DNA from: Syntrophaceae bacterium UBA2208
GTDB taxonomy: Bacteria; Desulfobacterota; BSN033; UBA1163
Length of the DNA: 35,737 nucleotides
Direction: 5' to 3'
Assembly: GCA_002327885.1 (NCBI GenBank)
Contig: DCUS01000233.1
Span: 1 to 35,737 of the forward strand
Notes under the pieces: model-generated
Database searches by the model: none
What the model was told of the DNA's origin: nothing
What the model saw: only the letters and a program-made list of their open reading frames with translations
Position numbers and translations under genes: made by a program
Shown here: positions 27,947-35,737 of the stretch, piece by piece
Layout of the letters: every line of letters begins with the position of its first letter
Position numbering within the stretch: position 1 is the stretch's first letter

Positions 27947-30900
27947 ATGGCCGTACCGATTAAAGAAAATTCCTATCCTTTTAATTTTTGGTTTGACTCA
28001 GAGCCGTGGAGAAAGTGGAGACGTCTTGGATTGACTCATCTCGCCGGTTCTTCCAAAGCCTATCTTTTATCCTGTTGGAAAGAGAAGGGAAGGGGCCCTT
28101 TACTGGTCATTGTTCCCCACATTCGGAGCGCCGAGATCCTCCTCGAAGATCTCCGGTTTTTTATGAAAGACTTGGAGTTTCCTACCTTTCTCTTTCCTCA
28201 ATGGGAAACCCTTCCGTATGATGAAATTCCTCCTCATCCTGAAATTATCAGGGAAAGGGTGAGAGCCCTTTTTTTTCTCCTCAACGGTGAGAGGGGAGTA
28301 ATCGTCTCTTCGATCAGGGCATTGATGCAGAGGATTCTGGCCCCAAACGATTTGAAAGAATCTGTTTTCTCCCTTTCCGTGGGAGAAGAAATCGAACGTG
28401 AGGGATTCATCCGTTTTCTCCATGAAGGAGGATATACATCAGCAAGGATCGTGGAAGAGAGAGGAGATTTTAGCGTCCGGGGGGCGATCATCGATCTTTA
28501 TACTCCGTTTTATGAAGAGCCCCTTCGATTGGAATTTGATGGAGACCAATTAGAGTCCATCCGCTTCTTTGAGATAGGGACTCAACGTTCGCTTCCCCAA
28601 AGGATGATGGAAAATGCGATCCTTCTTCCGGCGAGGGATGTTTCAAAAGATTCCTCCAGTCCACCGTTAAAAACCCTTTTCGAGTATCTGAAAGGAAATG
28701 AAGTCGTCATTATTGATGAGGGGCATGAAGTCGAAAAGGAAGCCGAAGCCTTTTCTCACCAAGTCAAAGAGCGTTATGAAAAGGCCCTGTCAAAAGGGAG
28801 GTCCGTGCCTCCGCCAGAGGTCGCTTATCTCGATAACGAACAGGTCTGGCATTATTTGAAAAGATTTCAAACCGTCTTTCTTCAAGAAGGACCCCTCGCC
28901 CCTGCTACCAGTCAGCAAGTATTTTCTTTTGACATGGAGACCAATGAAAATCTTCAGAGGGAGATGAAAGCTGCCCTCTCCGCGAAAACGGGTTCTTCAG
29001 AAATTTCGCCTTTTTCAATCCTTGTGAAAAACCTTCGTGATTGGCAGGGAAAGGGAATAGAAGTCTTTATCGTTTCCCATACCGAGGGTCAAGCGGAACG
29101 CTTAAGGGAACTTCTTTCTCAGTATGGAGCGGAACCACGACTGGAAAAAACGAAAAGTTTCAGGGCGGCTCTTGATGGAGCCGGAGAGAGTCTTATCCTT
29201 CTCGTGGGTTCCCTCTCTTCAGGTTTTCGAAACTTCAGGGAAGGTTGGGTGATTCTCACCGAAGAGGAGATCTTTGGTGAGAGAAAACGGCTTCCTGAGA
29301 GAAAGATTCGGACTTCTCCCGCCCCTGTTTCATGGCAAAGGGGAGGGGCAACCCTCTCTTCATGGAACGAGCTGGGGGAGGATGATTTTATTGTCCACAT
29401 CGACTACGGGATAGGTCGTTACAAGGGGCTGAAACATTTGAAGATTTGGGGAGTTTCGAATGATTATCTCCTTTTAGAATATCAAGACGGGGATAAACTC
29501 TACCTCCCCGTGGATCGGCTCAATTTAATTCAACGCTATATCGGGGGAGATGGACAATCACCGAGACTCGACAAATTGGGAAGTCATTCATGGCAGAGGG
29601 CAAAAAAGAAAGCACAGGCTGTTGTTTCAGAGATGATCAAAGAACTCCTTGACCTCTATGCCGCCAGACAGGTTTTTAAAGGGTTCCAGTTTCCTCCCTT
29701 AGATCAGTTTTATAAAGAGTTTGAAGCCGGCTTTGAGTATGAGGAAACCCCGGATCAGATCCAAGCGATTGAAGAAGTTGTGAAGGATATGGGGAACCCC
29801 AAACCCATGGATCGGTTGATCTGCGGGGATGTTGGATATGGTAAGACAGAGGTTGCCATCCGGGCGGCCTACCGCACCGTCATGAGTGGAAAACAGGTTG
29901 CTCTTTTGGTTCCCACCACCGTTTTGGCCCAACAACATCACCAGACCTTCCGTGAGCGATTCAAAATTTATCCTGTTGTCATCGAGGTCCTGAGCCGATT
30001 TAAAAGTCCCCGGGAGCAGAGGGAAATCGTTGAACGTCTGAAGGAAGGAAAGGTGGATATTATCATCGGGACACACCGGCTTCTGCAGAAAGATGTTTCT
30101 TTCCGAGATTTAGGTTTGGTGGTGATTGACGAGGAACATCGTTTTGGCGTCTCCCACAAAGAGAAATTGAAACAGATGAGGAAATTAGTGGATGTGATCA
30201 CACTCACGGCAACCCCTATCCCGAGAACACTTCAGATGGCGATCTCTGGAATTCGGGATCTCAGTCTCATCCAGACTCCTCCTGAAAATCGCCTGTCGAT
30301 TCGGACTGTTGTCATCCGTTATGATGATGGGATTATCCGGGAAGCCATTCAAAGGGAGTTCGACCGAGGAGGACAAGTCTTCTTCGTCCATCCTCGCGTC
30401 CAGAACATTCAGATCATGGCCAATCATCTGAAGCGACTTATTCCAGAGGCCTCCCTGGGCGTTGCCCATGGTCAGATGAGGGGAAAGGAATTGGAGAAGG
30501 TGATGCTCCAATTTGTCAAAAAAGAAATTAATCTTCTCGTCTGTACCAGTATCATTGAATCCGGGTTGGACATCCCTGCGGCCAACACCATTCTGATCCA
30601 TCATGCCGAGCGTTTTGGCCTGGCAGACCTCTATCAAATCCGCGGGCGAGTGGGTCGTGGAAGCCACCAAGCCTATGCCTACCTCATCATTCCCGGATCC
30701 CTTCATCTCTCCAGGGATGCCATGAGGAGGCTCCGGGCCATTCAGGAATTGAGTGAACTGGGATCCGGATTTAAACTTGCCCTTCATGATCTGGAGATTC
30801 GTGGAGCGGGAAACCTCCTCGGGCCTTCTCAGTCAGGAACCATTGCTGCCGTGGGATTTGAATTCTACACTCAATTGATGGAAAAAGCCGTTCGGGAACT

Positions 30901-31360
30901 CAAAGGGGAAGAAGTGATAGAGGAGATTACTCCGGAAATTCACTTCCATCTTCCCGCCTTCATCCCCGAGACCTACGTGGAGGATCCGGGAGAAAGATTG
31001 AGTCTTTATCGAAGGCTCTCTCTTTCTCGTTCTGACGAGGAGGTGGAGATGATCCGGGAGGAACTGATGGATCGATTCGGAAAAATTCCAAAAGAGGTCG
31101 ATTGTCTTCTGGAAGTGATCAAAGTGAAAATTCTCCTGACGAAGTTGTCCATTAAAAAGCTGGAGGAAACTCCCTCTCAATTTATTCTCACCTTTGATGA
31201 GACCACACGGGTGTCTCCACAGAGGATCGTTGATTTTATTCATCGAAGAACAGGTCGCTCTCGGTTGACACCGGACTCTAAATTGATTATTGAAGGATGG
31301 CCCGATATGAAGAGGGATCCCTTTGGAGCGGCCAAAAACCTATTGCAAGCCTTGGCCTGA
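27947..31360 (+). CDS. mfd: Transcription-repair coupling factor
   Basis: UvrB-like N-terminus, VHIDYGIGRY (RID), CGDVGYGKTEVA, IDEEHRFG, TATPIPRTL, QIRGRVGR, DLEIRGAGNLLG, TRCF C-terminal domain. Confidence 0.98.
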   Translation: MAVPIKENSYPFNFWFDSEPWRKWRRLGLTHLAGSSKAYLLSCWKEKGRGPLLVIVPHIRSAEILLEDLRFFMKDLEFPTFLFPQWETLPYDEIPPHPEIIRERVRALFFLLNGERGVIVSSIRALMQRILAPNDLKESVFSLSVGEEIEREGFIRFLHEGGYTSARIVEERGDFSVRGAIIDLYTPFYEEPLRLEFDGDQLESIRFFEIGTQRSLPQRMMENAILLPARDVSKDSSSPPLKTLFEYLKGNEVVIIDEGHEVEKEAEAFSHQVKERYEKALSKGRSVPPPEVAYLDNEQVWHYLKRFQTVFLQEGPLAPATSQQVFSFDMETNENLQREMKAALSAKTGSSEISPFSILVKNLRDWQGKGIEVFIVSHTEGQAERLRELLSQYGAEPRLEKTKSFRAALDGAGESLILLVGSLSSGFRNFREGWVILTEEEIFGERKRLPERKIRTSPAPVSWQRGGATLSSWNELGEDDFIVHIDYGIGRYKGLKHLKIWGVSNDYLLLEYQDGDKLYLPVDRLNLIQRYIGGDGQSPRLDKLGSHSWQRAKKKAQAVVSEMIKELLDLYAARQVFKGFQFPPLDQFYKEFEAGFEYEETPDQIQAIEEVVKDMGNPKPMDRLICGDVGYGKTEVAIRAAYRTVMSGKQVALLVPTTVLAQQHHQTFRERFKIYPVVIEVLSRFKSPREQREIVERLKEGKVDIIIGTHRLLQKDVSFRDLGLVVIDEEHRFGVSHKEKLKQMRKLVDVITLTATPIPRTLQMAISGIRDLSLIQTPPENRLSIRTVVIRYDDGIIREAIQREFDRGGQVFFVHPRVQNIQIMANHLKRLIPEASLGVAHGQMRGKELEKVMLQFVKKEINLLVCTSIIESGLDIPAANTILIHHAERFGLADLYQIRGRVGRGSHQAYAYLIIPGSLHLSRDAMRRLRAIQELSELGSGFKLALHDLEIRGAGNLLGPSQSGTIAAVGFEFYTQLMEKAVRELKGEEVIEEITPEIHFHLPAFIPETYVEDPGERLSLYRRLSLSRSDEEVEMIREELMDRFGKIPKEVDCLLEVIKVKILLTKLSIKKLEETPSQFILTFDETTRVSPQRIVDFIHRRTGRSRLTPDSKLIIEGWPDMKRDPFGAAKNLLQALA

Positions 31361-31371
31361 TATGATAGATT
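31343..31371 (+). promoter_or_regulatory. Putative sigma70 promoter for the PPIase cluster
   Basis: TTGCAA-N17-TAGATT with extended -10 TG, overlapping the mfd stop codon. Confidence 0.45.
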
Positions 31372-31447
31372 TCCTAACAACGGGCACGACAATCATCTCT
31401 GATTTAGCCCTTGATCATAAAACTCTTATTTTCTCCAATGGGGGAGG

Positions 31448-32368
31448 GTGATGATGAAAAGATGGGCATTCTTTGGGATCTTGCTCTTCCTATCCATTTT
31501 TCTTTCCGATTGTCAAAAAACGGGGGAGAAAGGATTGGGGAAGAAAGAGCTGGTTAGGATCAATGAGGTTTCTATTTCCATAGAGGAGTTCCAACAGATG
31601 TTGGAAAAACAACCCTTGGAAGGAAAGATGAAGTTGTTGAGCGAAAAGGGGACAAGAGATTTTCTCGAAAATTATGTTATCCCCCGGGAGGTCCTTTATC
31701 AGACAGCGAAGCAGAAGGGCTTGGATAAAAATAAAGAAATTCTGGCCAAGATCGATGATGCGAGGAGAATCATTCTGATTGAGGCCCTTCTTGATGAGGC
31801 GTTGAGGGGAAGGGGTGAGATTTCAGAAGAGGATGTCCAGCGATACTATAAAGAAAATCAGACACTTTTTTCGGAACCGCAGGAGGTGAGGATTCGTCAC
31901 ATTGTTGTCAACTCCGAGCCGATCCTAAAAGAAGTGGTGACCAAGCTTTCGCGGGGTGAAAGTTTTGAGAAGTTGGCATCTACTTATAATATTGGTAATT
32001 TCAAAGAGGATGGAGGGAATCTCGGCTATATTCGGAGAGGACAGTTAGCCCCCCCCTTCGCTGAGTTTGAAGAAGCCGCTTTTTCCTTGAAGAAAAGGGG
32101 GGAGACCAGTGAGGTCGTCCGTACGCCCTTTGGGTTCCATATCATCCGATTAGAGGATATGCGGGGAAGCGCCTTGAGGCCTCTGAATCAAGTCAAAGAG
32201 AGAATTCGTTTTTTCTTGCAGCCGAAGAAAAAGCAGGAGGCCTATCTTGAATATGTAAAAGAAGCGAAATCGCAAGCCAAGATCCTGATCAACGAAAAGC
32301 TGTGGGCGGAAGAAGAAAAAAAAGAGGTGAAGCCAAAAGAAGAGAAGCCAAAAAAAGAGAAGAAATGA
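31448..32368 (+). CDS. Parvulin-type peptidyl-prolyl isomerase (PrsA/PpiC-like), probable lipoprotein
   Basis: Signal peptide ending LSDC, VRIRHIVV, FEKLA, GGNLGYI, FEEAAF, RTPFGFHII; Lys/Glu-rich tail. Confidence 0.88.
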   Translation: MMMKRWAFFGILLFLSIFLSDCQKTGEKGLGKKELVRINEVSISIEEFQQMLEKQPLEGKMKLLSEKGTRDFLENYVIPREVLYQTAKQKGLDKNKEILAKIDDARRIILIEALLDEALRGRGEISEEDVQRYYKENQTLFSEPQEVRIRHIVVNSEPILKEVVTKLSRGESFEKLASTYNIGNFKEDGGNLGYIRRGQLAPPFAEFEEAAFSLKKRGETSEVVRTPFGFHIIRLEDMRGSALRPLNQVKERIRFFLQPKKKQEAYLEYVKEAKSQAKILINEKLWAEEEKKEVKPKEEKPKKEKK

Positions 32369-33297
32369 AAAAACCTTCACCCCTTCTCCTTCTCATTACC
32401 CTTTTATTTTTCCTGTGGGGATGTGGCCAATGGGGGATGGGGCTTCCTGGACATATTATCGCTCAAGTCAATGAAGAGCGGATTTCGGTAGAAGAATTTG
32501 ATCGAGAATTTAAGGAATTGATATTAGAACCGGGTAAGGAACCGGAGGGAATAGATCTTATAGATCTGAAACGGGCTTATCTCGATCAAGTCATTGAACG
32601 CAAGATTCTCATCCAGGAAGCCAGACGATTGGGAATCAAGATTTCTCAGGAGGAATTGAATCAGGCAATTTCTGAAATAATAATGGATTATCCCGAAGAG
32701 GGATTTGGAGAGAAATTAGGCCTTAAAGGGACAACGTTGGAGGAGTGGAAACCCCGGTTGGAAGAAAAGTTATTAGCCGAGAAGGTTATCCGGGGCGCTT
32801 TTTATCCTCCGGAGAAAATCGATGAAAAAGAAGCCCTTCAATATTATGAAGACAACCGGTCTTCCTTCCAGATTCCTCAGAAAGGGAGGGTACGGCAGAT
32901 TGTCGTGGCAGATGGGGAAGAAGCGATCCAGATCCTGAAACGCCTGAAGAAAGGGGAAAGCTTTGAAAAGTTAGCCAGGGAAAAATCATCGGGGCCCGAA
33001 AAGGTTCAGGATGGGGATCTGGGTTATTTTAGCCAGGGAGAGAAACCCACCGAATTCGACTCTGTTTTTACGATGGACGCGGGCGCCATCAGCGAGGTGA
33101 TCAAAAGTCCTTATGGATATCACATCTTTAGGCTGGAAGAAAGAATCCCAGCCCGGCAGATCCCGTTTGAAGAGGCCCGGTTAGAGATCCTCCAAGAGCT
33201 GGGACGAAAAAAAGGGGAGGAAAATTACCAGAAATGGTTTAAAATTCTAAAGGAAAAGGCAACGGTGAAGGTCAACAAAAAGTGGCTTAGGTCATGA
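32365..33297 (+). CDS. Parvulin-type PPIase with SurA-like N-domain, probable lipoprotein (start 32365, ATGA overlap)
   Basis: Lipobox-like LWGC, VRQIVV, FEKLAREKS, GDLGYF, KSPYGYHIF. Confidence 0.88.
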   Translation: MKKPSPLLLLITLLFFLWGCGQWGMGLPGHIIAQVNEERISVEEFDREFKELILEPGKEPEGIDLIDLKRAYLDQVIERKILIQEARRLGIKISQEELNQAISEIIMDYPEEGFGEKLGLKGTTLEEWKPRLEEKLLAEKVIRGAFYPPEKIDEKEALQYYEDNRSSFQIPQKGRVRQIVVADGEEAIQILKRLKKGESFEKLAREKSSGPEKVQDGDLGYFSQGEKPTEFDSVFTMDAGAISEVIKSPYGYHIFRLEERIPARQIPFEEARLEILQELGRKKGEENYQKWFKILKEKATVKVNKKWLRS

Positions 33298-34277
33298 AAG
33301 GGAGTTTGGAGAAGATGAAAAAGGTCTTTTTATTATTCGTGTTCTTATTCCTTTTATTCGGAACGATCTCATCAAGTGAGGCAGTGGTTGATCGTGTGGT
33401 GGCGGTGGTGAATCAAGAAATTATTACCCTCTCCGAAGTCGAAAAATGGGCCAAACCTTTTCAAGAAAAGATCATTACAGAAGATCGATTGGAGAGGCGG
33501 GAACAATTGCAAGAGATCTATCGAAAGGTGCTGGAAAGGCTGATCGAGGAAAAATTAATTGACCAGGAAGTGAAAAGAAATGGGATTAAAATATCCAGCA
33601 AAGAGGTCGAAGCCACTTTAGAAGAGGTCAAACGGCGAAACACAGCCACCCAGGAGGAGTTAGAAAAAGCATTGGCCGTGGAGGGGTTGACCTTAGACGC
33701 CTATAAGAAGCAGATCGAAAAGGGACTCCAACGAAAGAAACTAATTCATTGGTCGGTGAAGGTTGAAATGAAGCTTGAGGAAAAAGAGTTAAGGGATTTC
33801 TATCAAAAGAATACCGATCGTTATCGACCGAATGAATCCTATCGCCCCAGCCACATCTTATTTGTCGTACCAAAAGAGGCAACACCCGAGGAGGTCAAAG
33901 AAATTAAAAAGAAATGTCAGGCCGTTTTGGAAAAAATTAAAAAGGGAAGTGATTTCAGAGAGATGGCCCTCCTCTATTCACAGGATGCATCCAACAAAGA
34001 TATGGGAGATTTAGGTTATTTTAAGAAGGGGGAACTCGTCCCTGCTTTTGAAAGAGAAGCTCTCCGCCTAAAGGTTGGAGAGGTGAGCGGGATCGTGCGA
34101 ACGGAATTTGGTTTCCATATCATCAAACTCCTCGATCGGAAAGGAACAGACCCTCTTCCTTTTGAGGAGGTCAAAGAGAGGATCCAGGCGGATTATTACG
34201 AAAGTGAAATGGAGAAGGCTTATAAACAGTTTCTTAGCACATTGAAAGAAAGATCCATCATCGAGATCAAACTGTAA
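33294..34277 (+). CDS. SurA-like chaperone/PPIase (alternative start 33315)
   Basis: Signal peptide, VVDRVVAVVNQEIITLSE, SHILF, GDLGYF, RTEFGFHII. Confidence 0.88.
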   Translation: MKGSLEKMKKVFLLFVFLFLLFGTISSSEAVVDRVVAVVNQEIITLSEVEKWAKPFQEKIITEDRLERREQLQEIYRKVLERLIEEKLIDQEVKRNGIKISSKEVEATLEEVKRRNTATQEELEKALAVEGLTLDAYKKQIEKGLQRKKLIHWSVKVEMKLEEKELRDFYQKNTDRYRPNESYRPSHILFVVPKEATPEEVKEIKKKCQAVLEKIKKGSDFREMALLYSQDASNKDMGDLGYFKKGELVPAFEREALRLKVGEVSGIVRTEFGFHIIKLLDRKGTDPLPFEEVKERIQADYYESEMEKAYKQFLSTLKERSIIEIKL

Positions 34278-34287
34278 ATTTCCATTT

Positions 34288-34349
34288 TCTCCTTCTCCCC
34301 TTTTGCCTGCCTGCCGAAGGTAGATGAGAGGGTGGGGGTGAGGGAGGGG
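34288..34349. repeat. Pyrimidine/purine inverted tract with a nested short CCTGCC element
   Basis: tctccttctcccc ... gagagggtgggggtgagggagggg surrounding CCTGCCTGCCGAAGGTAGA (34306-34324). Confidence 0.5.
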
Positions 34350-34377
34350 TGATTTGGAAGGGTGTGGGTTACTACAC

Positions 34378-34417
34378 AAAGCCTATTCTTAAGAGGGGAA
34401 TGGGCTTTTTTGTTTTT
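34378..34417 (+). terminator. Rho-independent terminator of the mfd/PPIase cluster
   Basis: Stem AAAGCCTATTC / GAATGGGCTTT (one G-U pair) followed by a T-rich tail. Confidence 0.75.
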
Positions 34418-34419
34418 CG

Positions 34420-34454
34420 CCTGACTCCTTACGCTTCATGCTTTACGACTTACG
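34420..34454. repeat. Period-7 tandem array, single arm
   Basis: cctgact ccttacg cttcatg ctttacg acttacg. Confidence 0.65.
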
Positions 34455-34603
34455 ATGGAAGATGCCCCATACGAAATGTTGGTAACAATTGAAAGGTGAA
34501 GGTGATGGAGGTTTTAATATGCAGAAACAATCAAATGAATTGAACAACATTCCAGGGAGCAACACCTACTGTTTGACGACTATTTAAGAGGAAACATTGA
34601 GCG

Positions 34604-34978
34604 ATGTCTCTTGCCCTAAATAAACCAAGACTCGACAACCTCGCGAGTGATATCTGGAAGTCCGCCGAGCGGCTGCGCGGCAAGTTCAAGGATCTGATGG
34701 AGGGCAAGCCGGAGATTCTCGGCGTCGAGTGGACCCATCGCCACTATGTACAGGATGATGAGTTCATCCCCCACGGTGAAGACATCGAGGCGTTCTTGAA
34801 ACGGGAAATCGCCAAGCCGATCATCCGCTGGAAAGACAGCCCGCAGCTTGGCTATGAGATCCTGCCAAACAAATACTTCTACCGCTACCAGCCCCCGATT
34901 CCCGCGAAGGAGTTGTTGGAGGAATTCTGGCGACTTGAAAAAGAGGCGGAGAAGATGCTGGAAGGATTGGGGCAGTAA
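34604..34978 (+). pseudogene. hsdM: Type I restriction-modification methyltransferase subunit with a large in-frame internal deletion (mini-HsdM)
   Basis: N-terminus NLASDIWKSAERLRGKFK resembles the HsdM N-domain start; C-terminus GYEILPNKYFYRYQPP...LEKEAEKML resembles the HsdM tail; no SAM-binding or NPPY/F motif in 124 aa. Confidence 0.72.
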
Positions 34979-34998
34979 CTCCGGGCAGACGAGGGCCA

Positions 34999-35027
34999 TT
35001 GAAAAACATCTAAAATAATGCCATATT
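34999..35027 (+). promoter_or_regulatory. Putative toxin-antitoxin operon promoter
   Basis: TTGAAA-N17-CATATT with extended -10 TG; AGGAGG RBS at 35049-35054. Confidence 0.4.
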
Positions 35028-35060
35028 TAATGCGAAATAATATGTTTCAGGAGGTACGTT

Positions 35061-35348
35061 ATGTCACGCATAAGTCCTTCGGAAGATATCCGTTCCGTCA
35101 CTGATTTGAAGCGTAACACGCGCGAAATTCTTGACCATCTACATACCAGTGGGCGACCGGTCATTTTAACGGTCAACGGAAGAGCCGATTCTGTGCTACT
35201 GGATGTGCGCGTCTATGAAAAGCACCTGCAAGCAGGGAATCTGGCAAAACTTCTTGCCCCGGCTGAGCAGGAGGTGGAAAGGGGACGGACTCGTCCTGCC
35301 CACGAGTTCCTGAAAGAGTTCAAGCGTGCCAAGAAAATTCAAGGTTGA
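35061..35348 (+). CDS. Type II antitoxin, Phd/YefM family
   Basis: DIRSVTDLKRNTREIL..L...GRPVILTVNGRADSVL; 95 aa; overlaps the downstream toxin gene. Confidence 0.88.
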   Translation: MSRISPSEDIRSVTDLKRNTREILDHLHTSGRPVILTVNGRADSVLLDVRVYEKHLQAGNLAKLLAPAEQEVERGRTRPAHEFLKEFKRAKKIQG

Positions 35349-35649
35349 GATCACACAGACCGCCGAGAAGGATGTGGCCGAAATTTGGGAGTACATCGCC
35401 CAGGACATACCTGATGCGGCAACGGCCTTTATCATGCGATTGGAGGAGCAGATCGGCACCCTGGAACGCTTTCCTGAACGCTGCCCGCTGGTACCGGAAA
35501 ACGAATTACTCGGCACCGCCTATCGCCATCTGCTGTATGGTAATTATCGGACCATCTTCAAAATCGTCAGCTCCAGGGTAATCATTTTGCGGGTGCTGCA
35601 TGGGGCTCGCTTACTGGATACAGGAATGCTGGAGAGGTTCGAAAAATGA
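35326..35649 (+). CDS. Type II toxin, RelE/ParE family
   Basis: FKVEITQTAEKDVAEIWEYIAQD, LERFPERCP, YRHLLYGNYRTIF, ILRVLHGAR. Confidence 0.9.
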   Translation: MPRKFKVEITQTAEKDVAEIWEYIAQDIPDAATAFIMRLEEQIGTLERFPERCPLVPENELLGTAYRHLLYGNYRTIFKIVSSRVIILRVLHGARLLDTGMLERFEK

Positions 35650-35737
35650 GGCTCGACGAGAACAACATCCTTACTGAATTGCCTGACCGAATGAAAGCAA
35701 TCGCCCACACCGCTGTCGATGAGGCAATTTGGCGACA
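35646..35737 (+). CDS. Small hypothetical protein, truncated by the window end
   Basis: ATGA overlap with the toxin stop; open frame MRLDENNILTELPDRMKAIAHTAVDEAIWR to the window edge. Confidence 0.5.
   Translation, partial: MRLDENNILTELPDRMKAIAHTAVDEAIWR

Noticed and set aside
34278-34603. Prophage or integrative element attachment site at the accessory-region boundary
   Set aside because: No tRNA, integrase or direct repeat visible in the window

Overview
Bacterial chromosomal window; gene order and protein types suggest a deltaproteobacterium (Desulfobacterota-like), which is an inference. From left to right: (1) a complete IS1634-family element (about 24-2057) inserted just after the leuC stop codon; (2) a 22-kb co-oriented minus-strand run: rimO, lysS, lolC/E, a TPR plus tandem cNMP-binding protein, lolD, bamA, skp, lpxD, fabZ, lpxA, a gnnA-like oxidoreductase, lpxB, msbA, DUF374, waaA, lpxK, leuA, leuC; (3) plus-strand housekeeping genes: an FAD oxidoreductase, a geranylgeranyl-reductase-family gene, nth, DUF2062, mfd and three parvulin/SurA-type PPIases; (4) after a terminator, the start of an accessory or defence-type region with an internally deleted in-frame hsdM, a Phd/YefM-RelE/ParE toxin-antitoxin pair and a truncated small ORF. 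The most unusual signal is non-coding. Many gene junctions carry short degenerate tandem arrays of period 7 or 8, usually as two inverted arms. The unit sequence differs between most sites, and the array often overlaps the stop codon of the upstream gene. Other small palindromic elements sit in these spacers, and the IS end abuts one array. The two-CNB protein coupled between lolC/E and lolD and the mini-HsdM are the most interesting coding oddities. All calls come from reading motifs by eye; no database search was run.
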